64,000 nt of DNA from a virus. The notes beneath the pieces were generated by a model, which saw only the letters and a program-made list of their open reading frames with translations, was not told where the DNA came from and did not search any database. The DNA is taken from positions 1 to 64,000 of IMG/VR virus record IMGVR_UViG_3300026519_000008, one strand, 5' to 3'. Positions 29,248-40,530 of the stretch are shown here, piece after piece; positions within the stretch are counted from its first letter, which is position 1, and each line of letters begins with the position of its first letter. The position numbers and the translations under genes were made by a program.

Positions 29248-30861
29248 CTAGACACACTCAGGATTGCCGTTCAAATCAGCCGCTATAGCCCAATTCTCTT
29301 CAGGGGGAGGCTCATCCTCACAAGGCTCCGTAGACTGCAAAACCTCGTGGGTCAGCCCATCAGGCAAAGCGTCCACAAACCCAGAAGACGTGATATATAC
29401 CAAAGTCTTTTTGGCCCGTGTCACAGCTACATAACCCAAATTCCTCTCCTGTTCAATTTGCCACGGCAACCGTGCATACCTAGACGGGACAAGGTTAGCA
29501 TCCAACCAAAATACCCTATCCCACTCCAACCCCTTGGCCTTGTGAATGCTAGACAAAGTCAGCCTTGAAGACTTGTCCGCAAACAAATGCTCGATGGTAT
29601 TGATCAACCCTGGCACAGACCGGGACCGCTCAGGCAGGTGGTCAATGATCACCATAATCGTGCCAACCTTGTCCTCTACCGCAGCAGCCCGATCTTCCTT
29701 CCCCTGCTCCTCAAATTTTCTAATCTCTCTGATCATATAAGCATCAAGCTTATTGACCAGATCATCCACACTTTCAGCATTCTGCTTTTTGATCAAAGAA
29801 ATCAAACCTTGCCCAATCTCCCGACCAAGAACCGTCACTCCCACCCCGGCCCGAATGAACTTATAGGCCAAAGACACCAAGGGCTTGTTGTTCCTGCACA
29901 GAATCACGTCATCCTTGGTAAACGCCTCCGCCGTATAACTGCTCCAGTGCTCTACAACACCCTCTGGGGCTTCAGGGGCCGCCTCAATATGAGAGACCCA
30001 ATTCTGAGCTTCCGCCACCACCGCCTTAGGACACCTAAAACTGACCGACAGGGGCATCTCAAGGCAATTGAATTCCATCACCAAATTCTTGACCGATTCC
30101 GCATCAGCCCCCCTGAAACCATAAATCGCCTGGTGTGGATCTCCAACAGCTATCAGACGGCCTCCAGGCTTCAACATCATCCTGAGCATTTGCCGCTGAA
30201 TGGCCGAAAGATCCTGACACTCGTCCACCAACACTACATCGTTTTTGAAGAATGGTGCCCCGTAAACTACCGGCATGTACAGCTGGTCATTGAAATCAAT
30301 TTCACCCATGAAGGCTGCATGGATAGAATCTACCAAGACCCTCCTGGCACCCTCTATGGCCTCAGCCTCTTGATCATTCAAGTCCACCTGAAACCTGTCG
30401 ATCAGCCACCCCCAACTTTCAGGAGTATCCTCCATGAGAACTGTCTTAGGATTCCTAGGAGCCCCGGCTGGGACCAACCCGTGTGACTTTGCCAAGGCCA
30501 CCAGCCGCAACACTCCGGCTGGCATGCCCACCCTGGAATCCCAATACTTCTTGCAGATGTTGAAGGTCTTTCCAGTATCCAGCCGTACCCTCCTACCCTG
30601 GAGCACCCTCATCCACGCCCCATGCCCAAGCGCGTTCATGGTCTTACAGACCACGTGCTCAGGCATACGCTGAGCCAGTTCTACCGCGATTTTCTTGTTG
30701 AATGCCGCTGCTGTGATTTTGAGGTGGGATGGCAGCTCCGCCACCGCCGCCACCAGAGTGGAAGTCTTACCAGAGCCCGCCACTGCCTGGAGGCAAATGC
30801 TTCCAGACCCTTCCCGCAGCTCCTTGATGAATGCTAACTGTTGAGGAGAATATCTCATCAT
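29248..30861 (-). CDS. UvrD/Rep-like SF1 helicase
   Basis: AVAGSGKT, AFN, IDFND, LVDECQD, VGDPHQAIYGFRGA, SFRC, SIHKAKGLEW, YVAVTRAK. Confidence 0.95.
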   Translation of the reverse strand: MMRYSPQQLAFIKELREGSGSICLQAVAGSGKTSTLVAAVAELPSHLKITAAAFNKKIAVELAQRMPEHVVCKTMNALGHGAWMRVLQGRRVRLDTGKTFNICKKYWDSRVGMPAGVLRLVALAKSHGLVPAGAPRNPKTVLMEDTPESWGWLIDRFQVDLNDQEAEAIEGARRVLVDSIHAAFMGEIDFNDQLYMPVVYGAPFFKNDVVLVDECQDLSAIQRQMLRMMLKPGGRLIAVGDPHQAIYGFRGADAESVKNLVMEFNCLEMPLSVSFRCPKAVVAEAQNWVSHIEAAPEAPEGVVEHWSSYTAEAFTKDDVILCRNNKPLVSLAYKFIRAGVGVTVLGREIGQGLISLIKKQNAESVDDLVNKLDAYMIREIRKFEEQGKEDRAAAVEDKVGTIMVIIDHLPERSRSVPGLINTIEHLFADKSSRLTLSSIHKAKGLEWDRVFWLDANLVPSRYARLPWQIEQERNLGYVAVTRAKKTLVYITSSGFVDALPDGLTHEVLQSTEPCEDEPPPEENWAIAADLNGNPECV

Positions 30862-30960
30862 CCGCCTCTCCTAATAAAAGGTCCCTGGGGACCGTGTCCG
30901 CCAACCTCCAACCTCCAGTACCCCGTAGGGTACCACATGTCACTGCCGTTTGTCAAACCC

Positions 30961-32808
30961 TCAGAAAGACAGCGTTCTGTGCTGTCGGCACAACAGTACA
31001 AATGCCTTTAGCACGTCTTTATCATGCTGCGACAAACTCGCAAACGTCAGAGAGGCATTAAGTCCATACTGAAGCTCAGTCCTCAACTGTTCGATAACAG
31101 GTTGCGCCTCTTGGAGGGCCTTTGCAAACTCTCCTTCGGTTGGCTTCTGAGCCATCTCTTCCTCCTAGCAGACATCTCCCGCCTCCACCGGTTGTACCAC
31201 GGAAGCTTCTCAGGATGCCGCAGACACTTAATCCGTGTGTTCTTACTCCTGTCAGGCCAAGACGAGATATAGCCTTTCTTTTTCAAACATTTCCCGCGCT
31301 CAGCCTCTACCCGGATCGCTTCCACAAGAAGAACTGAAACTTTCTGAAGCTTTTCAATAGAACCCCCAGCAATCACCCCCTGGCGCTTCAATATCTCAAA
31401 GGCGTACAAAAGTGCTGTGGGACGTATATGCTTGGCATCCGTACTCAACTCCCGGACTGCTCTTTTGTACGCAACCCGCCCAGTTCTAAATATCGTGCCT
31501 GGAATTGTTCTCCTCCATCCCATCTCATAGACCCTCATTTCTGCACCCACCACTTGAGATCGTCAGGATTAACCGTACCCCCGTCCGCCTTTGTCTGACA
31601 GTAGTCATAAGCTACATGGTAGGGCATCGGATGGTTGGAATAACCTTCTACTGACAGACCACTCATATCTGCCAACTTATCCAAAAACAGACGGATAATG
31701 GGATGGAACCTGAGATACTGAAAAGGGACCCTAACCTGCCCAAACTTTTCTTGGTACTCCTCCTTGATGAACTCAACAGCCCGGTAGAACTCCCCAACAA
31801 CTGCGTACATGTTGCACGCATCCTGAATATCTATCGCAATCCTGTAATACCGCTTGACCTCATCATTATTCATATCCTATCTCCCTGAACTCTTGGGGCC
31901 TCAGCCCACCAAATGAAACACTGTACCGTGAATATCTACGACAGTGCAGGTTGTACCAACTCTCAAAACCCACATTCCAGGCTTGAGAGTTTCGTTTAGC
32001 TGGTCAACGCGCCGACACCACTTGGACTTATCATTCAATTCTATAAACTCTTCCTCTCCAGACACCCACACACGTACAATGTACAGTCCCTGCGTCATAA
32101 CTAACCTCCTTGGCCCCTTAGAGCCCGTTTGAGTGATACATTCACCATACCTCAAAAACGTCAGACAAAGCAATGCAGAAAGAGCGGGCCGAATGACCCG
32201 CTCTTCCGATCTACGCCCCTGTCCATACTCAATGATGGGTGCTGTAAGCCCCCTCCATCACGTCTAAGACCATATGGACGTCCTGAAGATTGACCGACTC
32301 CCACGAGTCATCCATTACGGCCTTCAGAATTTCATCACGCATCCGCCGTAGTACGTACACCCCAGACTCCATGAACCCAGGCACCTTGAAATTGATTTCA
32401 TGTTGCTCACACAGCACCGCTAGCATTTCCATTTTCTCTGCCAGCGCCACCAACTGAGCCTTTACCAGATCGTCCATCCATCACCTCTTGAGTACCCAGA
32501 GTAGAATTGCCCACAAACTAAAACTCCGCTTTTGCCTGCCCCGCCTCCTAACATTTCTGAATACTGAAATGTCTTTGCGTTTGGGCCACCGATTTACCGG
32601 CCGCCCAAACGCCACTTCCCGACTACCCTTTTCTCCCATTCACATCCCACCTCCCTTCCTCTAGGGTCTCCCCCCGATCCAGCCGAAGGGCCTCCAGCTC
32701 TTCATAACTGAGAGGCCAACGCCACCTGAGTTGAGGCTGGTCAGTATCAGAAACAGCCCGCTCAAAGTAATCCAACGTTTCCTGCTTGACATAGCTCCCA
32801 ATAACCAT
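30961..32808 (-). other. Small hypothetical genes (30961-31155, 31083-31553, 31535-31873, 31901-32173, 32229-32477, 32623-32808)
   Basis: ORF track; promoter at 32834-32863. Confidence 0.5.
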
Positions 32809-32868
32809 GGCACCTCCTTTGTAAGATAAAAAGATGATACCACAGAAACGAGCTATTTGTCAAACCAT

Positions 32869-33117
32869 CTAGTCGTCCAGCACCTCATCGTAATCAGAGA
32901 AATACCGAATCAACTCCTCACGATAGATACGAAAATCTCCGCCATCCTTACCGACTGCCTTGAGTTTACCCGCCTTGATCATCCTATAAATAGTTACACG
33001 GTGTTTACCTAGAATCCGCCTAAGCTCAGCCATGTTGTAACTAGGCTTATCTGGAATCCCCACAGACGGAAGAACAATATGCAGAAAATAACTGATGACT
33101 TTCTTCTGATCTGTCAT
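32869..33117 (-). CDS. Excisionase/MerR-like HTH DNA-binding protein
   Basis: YNMAELRRILGKHRVTIYRMIKAGKLKA.....FRI...EL. Confidence 0.75.
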   Translation of the reverse strand: MTDQKKVISYFLHIVLPSVGIPDKPSYNMAELRRILGKHRVTIYRMIKAGKLKAVGKDGGDFRIYREELIRYFSDYDEVLDD

Positions 33118-33377
33118 ACCGGTAGACCCTCCCTTCTCGCCAGCCACTGCGGAATAGTTACCTGGATCATGTCTTCCTCCTTATCCAAGTCCTGAAATCT
33201 AAGCCCAGGCGTATCATCTCCAAGAACTCTCCAATCCACCAGTTTAGAGAGAGGAATCCAAACCTCTGCCGGTCCAGCATCTATAAAAACCAATACTGCA
33301 TTCTGCGTATGAGTCATATAAATCCCCACGTAATTCACCAGCCCATCGCTCCGCCCAATCAAATCATTCATCTGCAC
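33114..33377 (-). CDS. Hypothetical protein
   Basis: AGGAGG RBS; VWIPLS...IPQWLA..EGL. Confidence 0.6.
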   Translation of the reverse strand: MQMNDLIGRSDGLVNYVGIYMTHTQNAVLVFIDAGPAEVWIPLSKLVDWRVLGDDTPGLRFQDLDKEEDMIQVTIPQWLARREGLPV

Positions 33378-33381
33378 CTCC

Positions 33382-35448
33382 TTAAGTCTTCGGCCGTATG
33401 AGCCCTCGCCTCCGCCTCCTCGCGGTCAAAGACCCCTCCTCAACCTGGTCTGTATCCACGCCTCGTATTTTACGAGCCCGCATTTTACCCCTACGATTTC
33501 GTTTGTCGAAATCAGGCCCTCGATACGAAGCCTTACGAGTAGCAATGATAAACACTGAGCCAGCCACCCCGTCCGCTAAGTCTTTAGATCCACTGGGCGG
33601 ATGATCAATTTTCCTACGCTCGGGGTCATAAACCAGCCCAACTAATTCCTGCTTCAGCAGTGAAACTTCAGGAAGCAATAAACGCTCATCACGAATCGAC
33701 GCCTTCAACTCCATGTATGGATCTACCTTAGCGTCAACTGATAAGACCCCAGCCCGAATCCCATTCTTTCTAAAACGTTGCAGCAAGGTAGCCGACTGAA
33801 ACTGGTCAGCCGTCACCCAACCAACTTTCACTATCTTGGCAAGCTCCAGTACCAACGAACCAACCTTATCCAGGTCAACCTCATCCGACGTCGGTGGTGT
33901 AACTCCCAAAACCCCATCTGTAGAAATGATAGGGATCGGACCTGCCGGTACTAAAACAAATTCCTGCTGATCGTCATCCCACTCCCTACGTTCAGCCGTC
34001 ATCTTGTACCCAGCCAACCTCGATACCCCAATCCCACAGAAGTCTCCGGTCAACGAAAGGTCAAGATGAATTGCATAAGTAGGAGACTCAACCTGCTCAA
34101 GAAACGAACGATTAATCAGCTTCGATACATCCTGTACAGTCGAAAGATCCACAAGATCCTTAACGAACAACTGCTGCCCACCAAAAGTCTTGGTATGCAG
34201 CTCCATGGCTTTAACCAGTAAATCACGCTGACGGATAAACTGGTTCCGACCTCCTACAGGCAATCCAGCTAGGTCCCTAATCGCAGCTTCAATATCCCTG
34301 GTAAAATCTGTCTTGTACTCAATCGGTACTTTGATAACAGAATCAAGATCAACCGCGTCACTGATCGAGTCCAAGATCCGACTCCGTCTTGAATCATCTC
34401 CAACCTCAACCAAAAACGTCTCTCCACTAAACTTCTCTTTGGGGATGGATTCCCACTGCGCCATGGTCATAATATAGATAGTACGAGAACCGTCCGCCTC
34501 CTCAGCCGCCTCTTTGATCTTCCTGTCGATAAAGTCCCCAGGGTAGTTAGCAGACGACACAATGAACAGTTTTCCAGGAACTCTGCCGTGATCCATAAAG
34601 CGGGATTTCATCCGCCGTATCAACGACGTGTACAACTTCTCAGCCTGATCGTATTCAGCCTCACCTGTATACTCTGCAAACTTGGAGTCCCGAACCCTGG
34701 CCATAAAGTTGACCTCGTCCAGTACTCCACCGTACACGTTCAACCCCAAAGCCGCAGTAGTCGATCCAGAAACCGGCATGAATACTATGTTCCCGGGAAA
34801 TCTAAGCTCAGACGTATAATTCGGATCAAATGGAAACAGTTTGGTGAAATAGGGAGACTGCTTCAACCTAGCCGCAAACTGCTCGAAAATAACCTTCTTA
34901 GCCAAAGACAGTTTTTCCGACTGATTGATGAAGACGATAGAAGATCCAGGAGCTAGCCCAAAGTCTATCTGAGGATTGTGATAACACGACAACCTGTACA
35001 ACGTATAGGCCATCCCCATATCAGCCAAGTAATTCTTACCAATCCCAATCGCACCACCAAGAACAATCTCTATCAGTGAATCAGCCCCTTCTCCGTGAAA
35101 GATATTCCACAAATGCTCCATGATAGGAGCACGAACAGCCCCACGCTGACCCATATAATCAGGAGACTCTACAAACTCCTGAATATCCACCATCCGATCT
35201 ACTTTCAATCCGCGCGGCTGAAGAAGCATTTGTGGGTCTTCATAGTTCAAGGCCAGAACCCAGTTCTCCAACATATGACGCGCTTGTGTTTGGTCTATCC
35301 ACAAATCTCCTTTGTACTCTACAGCATAACACCCCAACCAAGTTACGATCTTCTCCACAACCTCAGGCTCAAAATCATGTTCCTCAAGAAGGAATGACAC
35401 CGTCTTGGCAACTACGTCCTCAAGAAGGTACCAGCTATTATCAGCCAT
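33382..35448 (-). CDS. terL: Terminase large subunit
   Basis: GAIGIGKN Walker A, VLDEVNF Walker B, HLDLS...D, TADQFQS, KIDHP..GSKDLADG nuclease motifs. Confidence 0.9.
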   Translation of the reverse strand: MADNSWYLLEDVVAKTVSFLLEEHDFEPEVVEKIVTWLGCYAVEYKGDLWIDQTQARHMLENWVLALNYEDPQMLLQPRGLKVDRMVDIQEFVESPDYMGQRGAVRAPIMEHLWNIFHGEGADSLIEIVLGGAIGIGKNYLADMGMAYTLYRLSCYHNPQIDFGLAPGSSIVFINQSEKLSLAKKVIFEQFAARLKQSPYFTKLFPFDPNYTSELRFPGNIVFMPVSGSTTAALGLNVYGGVLDEVNFMARVRDSKFAEYTGEAEYDQAEKLYTSLIRRMKSRFMDHGRVPGKLFIVSSANYPGDFIDRKIKEAAEEADGSRTIYIMTMAQWESIPKEKFSGETFLVEVGDDSRRSRILDSISDAVDLDSVIKVPIEYKTDFTRDIEAAIRDLAGLPVGGRNQFIRQRDLLVKAMELHTKTFGGQQLFVKDLVDLSTVQDVSKLINRSFLEQVESPTYAIHLDLSLTGDFCGIGVSRLAGYKMTAERREWDDDQQEFVLVPAGPIPIISTDGVLGVTPPTSDEVDLDKVGSLVLELAKIVKVGWVTADQFQSATLLQRFRKNGIRAGVLSVDAKVDPYMELKASIRDERLLLPEVSLLKQELVGLVYDPERRKIDHPPSGSKDLADGVAGSVFIIATRKASYRGPDFDKRNRRGKMRARKIRGVDTDQVEEGSLTARRRRRGLIRPKT

Positions 35449-36286
35449 CTATGTCCTCTACTTCTGCGTCGATAATAGCAGGTAGATCAATCCCATCACC
35501 GGATGTCTGCTTGAAATGCTCGATGAGCTTCCTTGTCCCCTCCACCATACGGTCCACCCCGCCGGGCACAGTCTTTCTAACATCCCCAACTACCCCGGCA
35601 AACGTATGTGACAAAGACACGTCCAGCTTGGTTGGCATCATGTCCCGAATACCAAGCTCCATTTCCTTCTTCAGAATATCCATACACTGTCTATGGTACA
35701 AATCTATATCCTTCTGGGCTAGCATAAGGATATAGTTGGAGTTCTTCTCGCGGGTCATAATAGCCTCAAGCCGCTCTTTCTGCTTACTCAAGGCCCAATG
35801 AGCCTCTGCCAAGGCGTCCCGCTTCTCCATCATCCCTACAAGCTCTTCCTTAGTCTGCTCATATTCCTTCTTGAGCACCCTGTCCTTGGTAATCCCCAAC
35901 ATCCTCTTCAAGCGCTGCACGATGGGAGCAGCGTACACTTTGAAATAACGCAACCGTAATGTTAGATCCCCAGTCGAAAACTCCTTCATCTTTTTGAACT
36001 TCTTCTGAATTATGTCCTCAGCTACAAACTCCTCCGGCCTACCTCTGACCACCAAAAGCAAAAAGACCTCAGCCAATTCGTGTATCGTAAGCTCCTGCAA
36101 AGGAATTAACTGTGGCGGGGGTTTACGCCCAGTAGGCGGATGAACAACCTCATACACACGCTTCCTCATGAAAGCGTTAAATTCCCCCTTATCACGAATA
36201 AGACTGTCCCCGGCCTTCTTATAGGAAAAGTCTTTGGACCTAGTACGCTCACGTCTTGTCTTACCCATCTTCATCCCCCACCGCAC
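35441..36286 (-). CDS. Putative terminase small subunit
   Basis: Directly upstream of terL; helical; C-terminal IIDAEVED. Confidence 0.5.
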   Translation of the reverse strand: MRWGMKMGKTRRERTRSKDFSYKKAGDSLIRDKGEFNAFMRKRVYEVVHPPTGRKPPPQLIPLQELTIHELAEVFLLLVVRGRPEEFVAEDIIQKKFKKMKEFSTGDLTLRLRYFKVYAAPIVQRLKRMLGITKDRVLKKEYEQTKEELVGMMEKRDALAEAHWALSKQKERLEAIMTREKNSNYILMLAQKDIDLYHRQCMDILKKEMELGIRDMMPTKLDVSLSHTFAGVVGDVRKTVPGGVDRMVEGTRKLIEHFKQTSGDGIDLPAIIDAEVEDIDG

Positions 36287-37193
36287 CAGACGGAACCTCA
36301 GCCTCCCACAAATCAGCTTCGTCCGGCTCCTCCGGAATAGCCGTCAAAACACCGCGCTCGCCTAGCTGAGCAATCTTGTCACTGTTCATCTTGCTGAGCA
36401 AAAAGATCACCAAGGAATCAAACGTCCACCCGGCAGCCCGGGTATCAAACGCCAAATCCCTAATCTGCTTGTAAACGCTCTTATCCAACCTAACCCAAAT
36501 ATGCTGCTTTCCTCCAAAGTCCAGAACCATGAAATTCGCCGGGACAGTATCTCCATACTTTCCGAACAGCTCATTAAGTACCCTGGACAAATCATCTACG
36601 GTCTTGATTTCCCCAGCCGCTACCCGCCGGTCAAACTCTTCTCTGGTAGTTTGGTCAGTAATCATTTGACGGTGCTGCTCAATCAACTCCTCAAATTCAT
36701 CTGCCTCCATCATCACCAAATCGGCCGCTTCATCAAGCTCACGTTCCCGAGCAATACGCTCCATCAAATGAACCATCTTATTGATGTTGTTCTTCCCACG
36801 AATAGCGTTCATACGCACAGTGGCAGCCATACGCTCGATCTCATCCCCAGACAACTCTCCTGGAGCCACCACTAGAACACACTTCTCAGATCCAAGCTGC
36901 CTCAGGGCCTCGTACCGATGCTCCCCGTCGATGATAATGTAGTCGATTAGGTCAGGATCACCTGGAAACTCTTCGTGAATCTCATAATCCTCAGGCTTTT
37001 CAAAGGCCAAAAAAGGCTGCAAGAATCCATACTCCTCAATATCACGCACAAGTCTATTGAAAATTTCTGGATTCTGCTGGTTTGGGTTCCAGTCGTTCGG
37101 GATAACCGAGTCTAAACGCACAGCACGTAGGACACACGGCTTTCCCGCTACAATTACTTCCATTTCTGGATATTTCTCTAGGTCCTGGGACAT
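36261..37193 (-). CDS. ParB/Srx N-terminal domain protein
   Basis: PNDWNPN, I.EYGFLQP, YIIIDGEHRY, N.IRG. Confidence 0.85.
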   Translation of the reverse strand: MSQDLEKYPEMEVIVAGKPCVLRAVRLDSVIPNDWNPNQQNPEIFNRLVRDIEEYGFLQPFLAFEKPEDYEIHEEFPGDPDLIDYIIIDGEHRYEALRQLGSEKCVLVVAPGELSGDEIERMAATVRMNAIRGKNNINKMVHLMERIARERELDEAADLVMMEADEFEELIEQHRQMITDQTTREEFDRRVAAGEIKTVDDLSRVLNELFGKYGDTVPANFMVLDFGGKQHIWVRLDKSVYKQIRDLAFDTRAAGWTFDSLVIFLLSKMNSDKIAQLGERGVLTAIPEEPDEADLWEAEVPSGAVGDEDG

Positions 37194-37229
37194 ATTAAAA
37201 CCTCGCGTGGGGAAAGACGAACAGCACCC

Positions 37230-38720
37230 CTACAGAGTACGCTTGAACCGACCATCGCGTGGGGAAAGACTGACCAACCTGTCTCTAAGAAAATGGAAAA
37301 TATCCTCAGCCGAACACGCCCGCTGCTGACCGATATTACGCCCGATCTTTACACAGATATGCTTGTTCAACCGTCCGAGGAGATCTTCAAAATCAAACTC
37401 CTCGTCCACAGTAGTCTCCTCTTCAAAGGCCGCCACAATCTTAGAGCGAGACCTCCGCCATTGTACAGCCATACGATCGTCCACAAGACCACGGACGACC
37501 TCATAGAGTTTGTCGGCACCCTCAGACACAAAATTACAAGACTCAGGACGCGCTCTAGCAGCCAAAAACCGATCCGCCTCTTCATCCGTGATCCTGCCGT
37601 CACGAACACGTTTAATGAGCGCAATCGCTTCAACCTCGTCATTGTAATAAAACGGGTAGTCTGGACCCATAGCAGTTCTGGCCCACGCCCTATTAGGCAA
37701 CAACACAGGAACCCCGATATATACGGCCTCTCTTGGAACGATGCAGTACCCCTCACAGATACTGGCGTACATCAGACAGTCTATGGATGGAAGCAGCTTC
37801 CCGGCATAATCCTCCCGCGATGCAATAGAACCACCCATGTTCTCCACTACAGTTTCAATATCTGCATCCGAGAAAAGCCGTTTAGTGGCCTTAGGAAGCC
37901 CCTTAGTAGCCCTGATCTTCAGTTTGATCCCGTGTAGAACGAACAGAGGCTGAATGACATCTAGGATAAACCGCACATTTTTGTTGGCAGACATCCGACC
38001 CAAAAACGTTACAGCAAAATCATCACCCTTGCGTGATTGCAGAACATTTCTAATCTCATCGTCAGTACGCTCATGTCCCTTTAGTACGTCCGCAATACCG
38101 CATCCGATGATCGAATGCTTAAGCCTAAGATTTTGTACTTCAGTAGGAGACAGAAACCGTCTGGCAATCCGCATTCCTCTATTGTATTGATCCTTCGTTG
38201 TCCACACTACATGATCAGCCATCAAGTAGGAGGCAGCCTCGGCATATAGATGAAAAGCACTCTTTGCCCCGACCGTCTTCCCAGCCTTAGAAAGCGGATT
38301 GATCACAGCATCTTTTCCAGCATTCAAACAGATATACACGAGAGGGATATTTGTAACCAGGCGATGATCTACAGCCTGGGCGGCTAAGTGGGGGATCACA
38401 TGAATTTTATTAGAAAGGATGAAGTCTACAGGACAAAGCTGATCCAACAAATATCTATCCGCATTCACCTGATCCACAGCATGGAGGTACCTCCACGATG
38501 GAGAAGGTTCCTCTTCAGCATAAACAGGCTGGACACCTGAGAACTCTACATCATTATTTTTCTCAAACTCAGTACGAAATGACGGCGGAAGATAAATTAA
38601 CGACCGTACTCCATGCTGTTGAAACATGTGCATCAACGGTTCGTAAATACACAAGAAGCCAGAATCGCTCCATAGGCGGTCTGGGCCCAACGCGATCCAT
38701 GGAACTCCAAATCCGATCAT
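37230..38720 (-). CDS. GT-B fold glycosyltransferase (GT4-like)
   Basis: FLGRMSANKN and YAS.CEGYCIVPREAVYIGVPVL (EX7E) motifs. Confidence 0.8.
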   Translation of the reverse strand: MIGFGVPWIALGPDRLWSDSGFLCIYEPLMHMFQQHGVRSLIYLPPSFRTEFEKNNDVEFSGVQPVYAEEEPSPSWRYLHAVDQVNADRYLLDQLCPVDFILSNKIHVIPHLAAQAVDHRLVTNIPLVYICLNAGKDAVINPLSKAGKTVGAKSAFHLYAEAASYLMADHVVWTTKDQYNRGMRIARRFLSPTEVQNLRLKHSIIGCGIADVLKGHERTDDEIRNVLQSRKGDDFAVTFLGRMSANKNVRFILDVIQPLFVLHGIKLKIRATKGLPKATKRLFSDADIETVVENMGGSIASREDYAGKLLPSIDCLMYASICEGYCIVPREAVYIGVPVLLPNRAWARTAMGPDYPFYYNDEVEAIALIKRVRDGRITDEEADRFLAARARPESCNFVSEGADKLYEVVRGLVDDRMAVQWRRSRSKIVAAFEEETTVDEEFDFEDLLGRLNKHICVKIGRNIGQQRACSAEDIFHFLRDRLVSLSPRDGRFKRTL

Positions 38721-38805
38721 AATCCCACCTATCTGAAATTGATTTCAGGTATACAAACGGACGCCCCGGCAGTCTTATGACCACCGGGGCAAGAAGTATT
38801 ATGAA

Positions 38806-39261
38806 CTATTTCTGTTGAAGAGCCTTGAACTGTTGTCCAGCCTGACGGATATATGACAAGCGCTGCTTCAAGGCAGCCTGAATTTCATCCAGAGGCATAC
38901 TCTGCGCCGCATACTGCTTCATCTGATCATTAACCAAGCCAATAAGATCATCCAGCAAAAGCGCCTCTGTAGGAGTGATTTTACTATAATCAATGGACTG
39001 TCGCACAAACACGGCTACAGCCTCAACAGTCCCGAGCCTCCCACTGTCAATCCCCTTGATGGCCTCGTCAACAATCTCGATAAGTCGATCTGTATTCTTG
39101 GGAGAATTTTGCAGGAAACGATACGTGGCAGCCTTGTAAGCCAAAGCGATTGTAGGCTGATAATCCTTGTTGTAATTCTGGAAATCAGTCGCCACACAAC
39201 CACCGATAACGAGGGCAGTCAATGCAATGACCAGAGCCAGCGACAGGCTGAAGGATCTCAT
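38806..39261 (-). CDS. Lipoprotein
   Basis: MRSFSLSLALVIALTALVIGGC lipobox-like N-terminus. Confidence 0.7.
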   Translation of the reverse strand: MRSFSLSLALVIALTALVIGGCVATDFQNYNKDYQPTIALAYKAATYRFLQNSPKNTDRLIEIVDEAIKGIDSGRLGTVEAVAVFVRQSIDYSKITPTEALLLDDLIGLVNDQMKQYAAQSMPLDEIQAALKQRLSYIRQAGQQFKALQQK

Positions 39262-39462
39262 AGAGACGTCTCCCTTCCGGTAATGGGTAAACAAACGGGT
39301 TAACTTCCTCGGGCTTCGCACCATCTCCCCACCATAAAAACGCCTTCGCCTCACCTCCAAACAACTGTAATGTGAAACCATGACAACGTATCTCGAACCC
39401 ATCAAGCGTTACCACCCTAGCACGATCAAACGCATTGGATGGAATCAAGATCAATACATCCC

Positions 39463-40530
39463 TCATCCCAGCTCCTCCAAAACCAACCGCTTCAACTTAG
39501 GCCGAACCTCCTTCCGCCACCACTTGGCCACCTCCGCAGGTCTCATAGTTTTAGACTTCAACCCAGAACACTTCAGCTCCTCCAACCACCACATACAATC
39601 CAGCCATGTAGGCTTAGCCGTAGGAGTCATCTTCAAATAATGCACAGCACCTGGAGGAAAGTAGGCCGACTCCATCTGAAACCACAGAAGCTTGAAGTTA
39701 TCCACCTTGTAGAAAAGATCAGGATAGAACTTTTTAAACCGCCCCATCGCCCTAAGCCCGGGCCGTGTGTGCATATCAAAAACATACCAGGGCAGCCCTA
39801 CCCTGGACAAGGACACACTGCCCAACCTGACCTTATTTGCCAAAATTTGCCCCCTCACATACTCCTTGATTTCCTTTTCAGGAAGACCCCTCATAGCGAT
39901 CAAAAGCATCCCCATGATGTAGGTCTTCATATCCCAGGGCATCCCGCCAAGATGCGCCCGAGCCCGCAAGCACTCAATGGCCGACATTTCATACTGACTG
40001 AGCTTGTGCCGCAATCCTGGATCACCGGGTATGACCCCTTGGTCAATGATCTTGGAGCAAATCAAATCGCCAAGCTCCCTCAAGGAGGGTGCTAGATCCT
40101 TGGTTTTAATTAGCAACCTTGCAACATACCTGGCCTCACTCAGCTCAGGGTGCTCACCCCGCTCCTCAGGAGTATGGGTAGCCACTGCAAGAAGTCCCCC
40201 AAAATCCCGATTCTTGGCCAGCAGGGTGAGTTTTAGAATGAACCGCTTGTAGCATATCTTCTCAGCCTCAGGCTCATTAGGCACTGCCGCCAAAAACCGA
40301 GCAAGCTCACCTGTCATATAGCTTACGTCTTCCGCCACAAGTACATGAATCCGCCATTTCAACCAATCTCTAAACTTTTTAGCACCCCAGAGCGCCTCAA
40401 AGCAGGTGTGAACTAGATTGAGATCCCCCCGTCTTAGTCCCTTTTGTATGCCACTCCTACACCCATACAAGTAGGTCTCACGAGTCATACCCACCGCCTT
40501 TCCAATAATTGTCCGCCAGAACAACCCCAC
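39463..40530 (-). CDS. Protein resembling MgsA/RarA post-ATPase helical region
   Basis: SGIQKGLRRGD...WRI.V..AEDV and LPWYVFDMHT..G; no Walker A seen. Confidence 0.55.
   Translation of the reverse strand: MGLFWRTIIGKAVGMTRETYLYGCRSGIQKGLRRGDLNLVHTCFEALWGAKKFRDWLKWRIHVLVAEDVSYMTGELARFLAAVPNEPEAEKICYKRFILKLTLLAKNRDFGGLLAVATHTPEERGEHPELSEARYVARLLIKTKDLAPSLRELGDLICSKIIDQGVIPGDPGLRHKLSQYEMSAIECLRARAHLGGMPWDMKTYIMGMLLIAMRGLPEKEIKEYVRGQILANKVRLGSVSLSRVGLPWYVFDMHTRPGLRAMGRFKKFYPDLFYKVDNFKLLWFQMESAYFPPGAVHYLKMTPTAKPTWLDCMWWLEELKCSGLKSKTMRPAEVAKWWRKEVRPKLKRLVLEELG

Noticed and set aside
32869-33117. Excisionase implying an integrated prophage
   Set aside because: No integrase, att site or host genes in the window; this HTH family has many roles.
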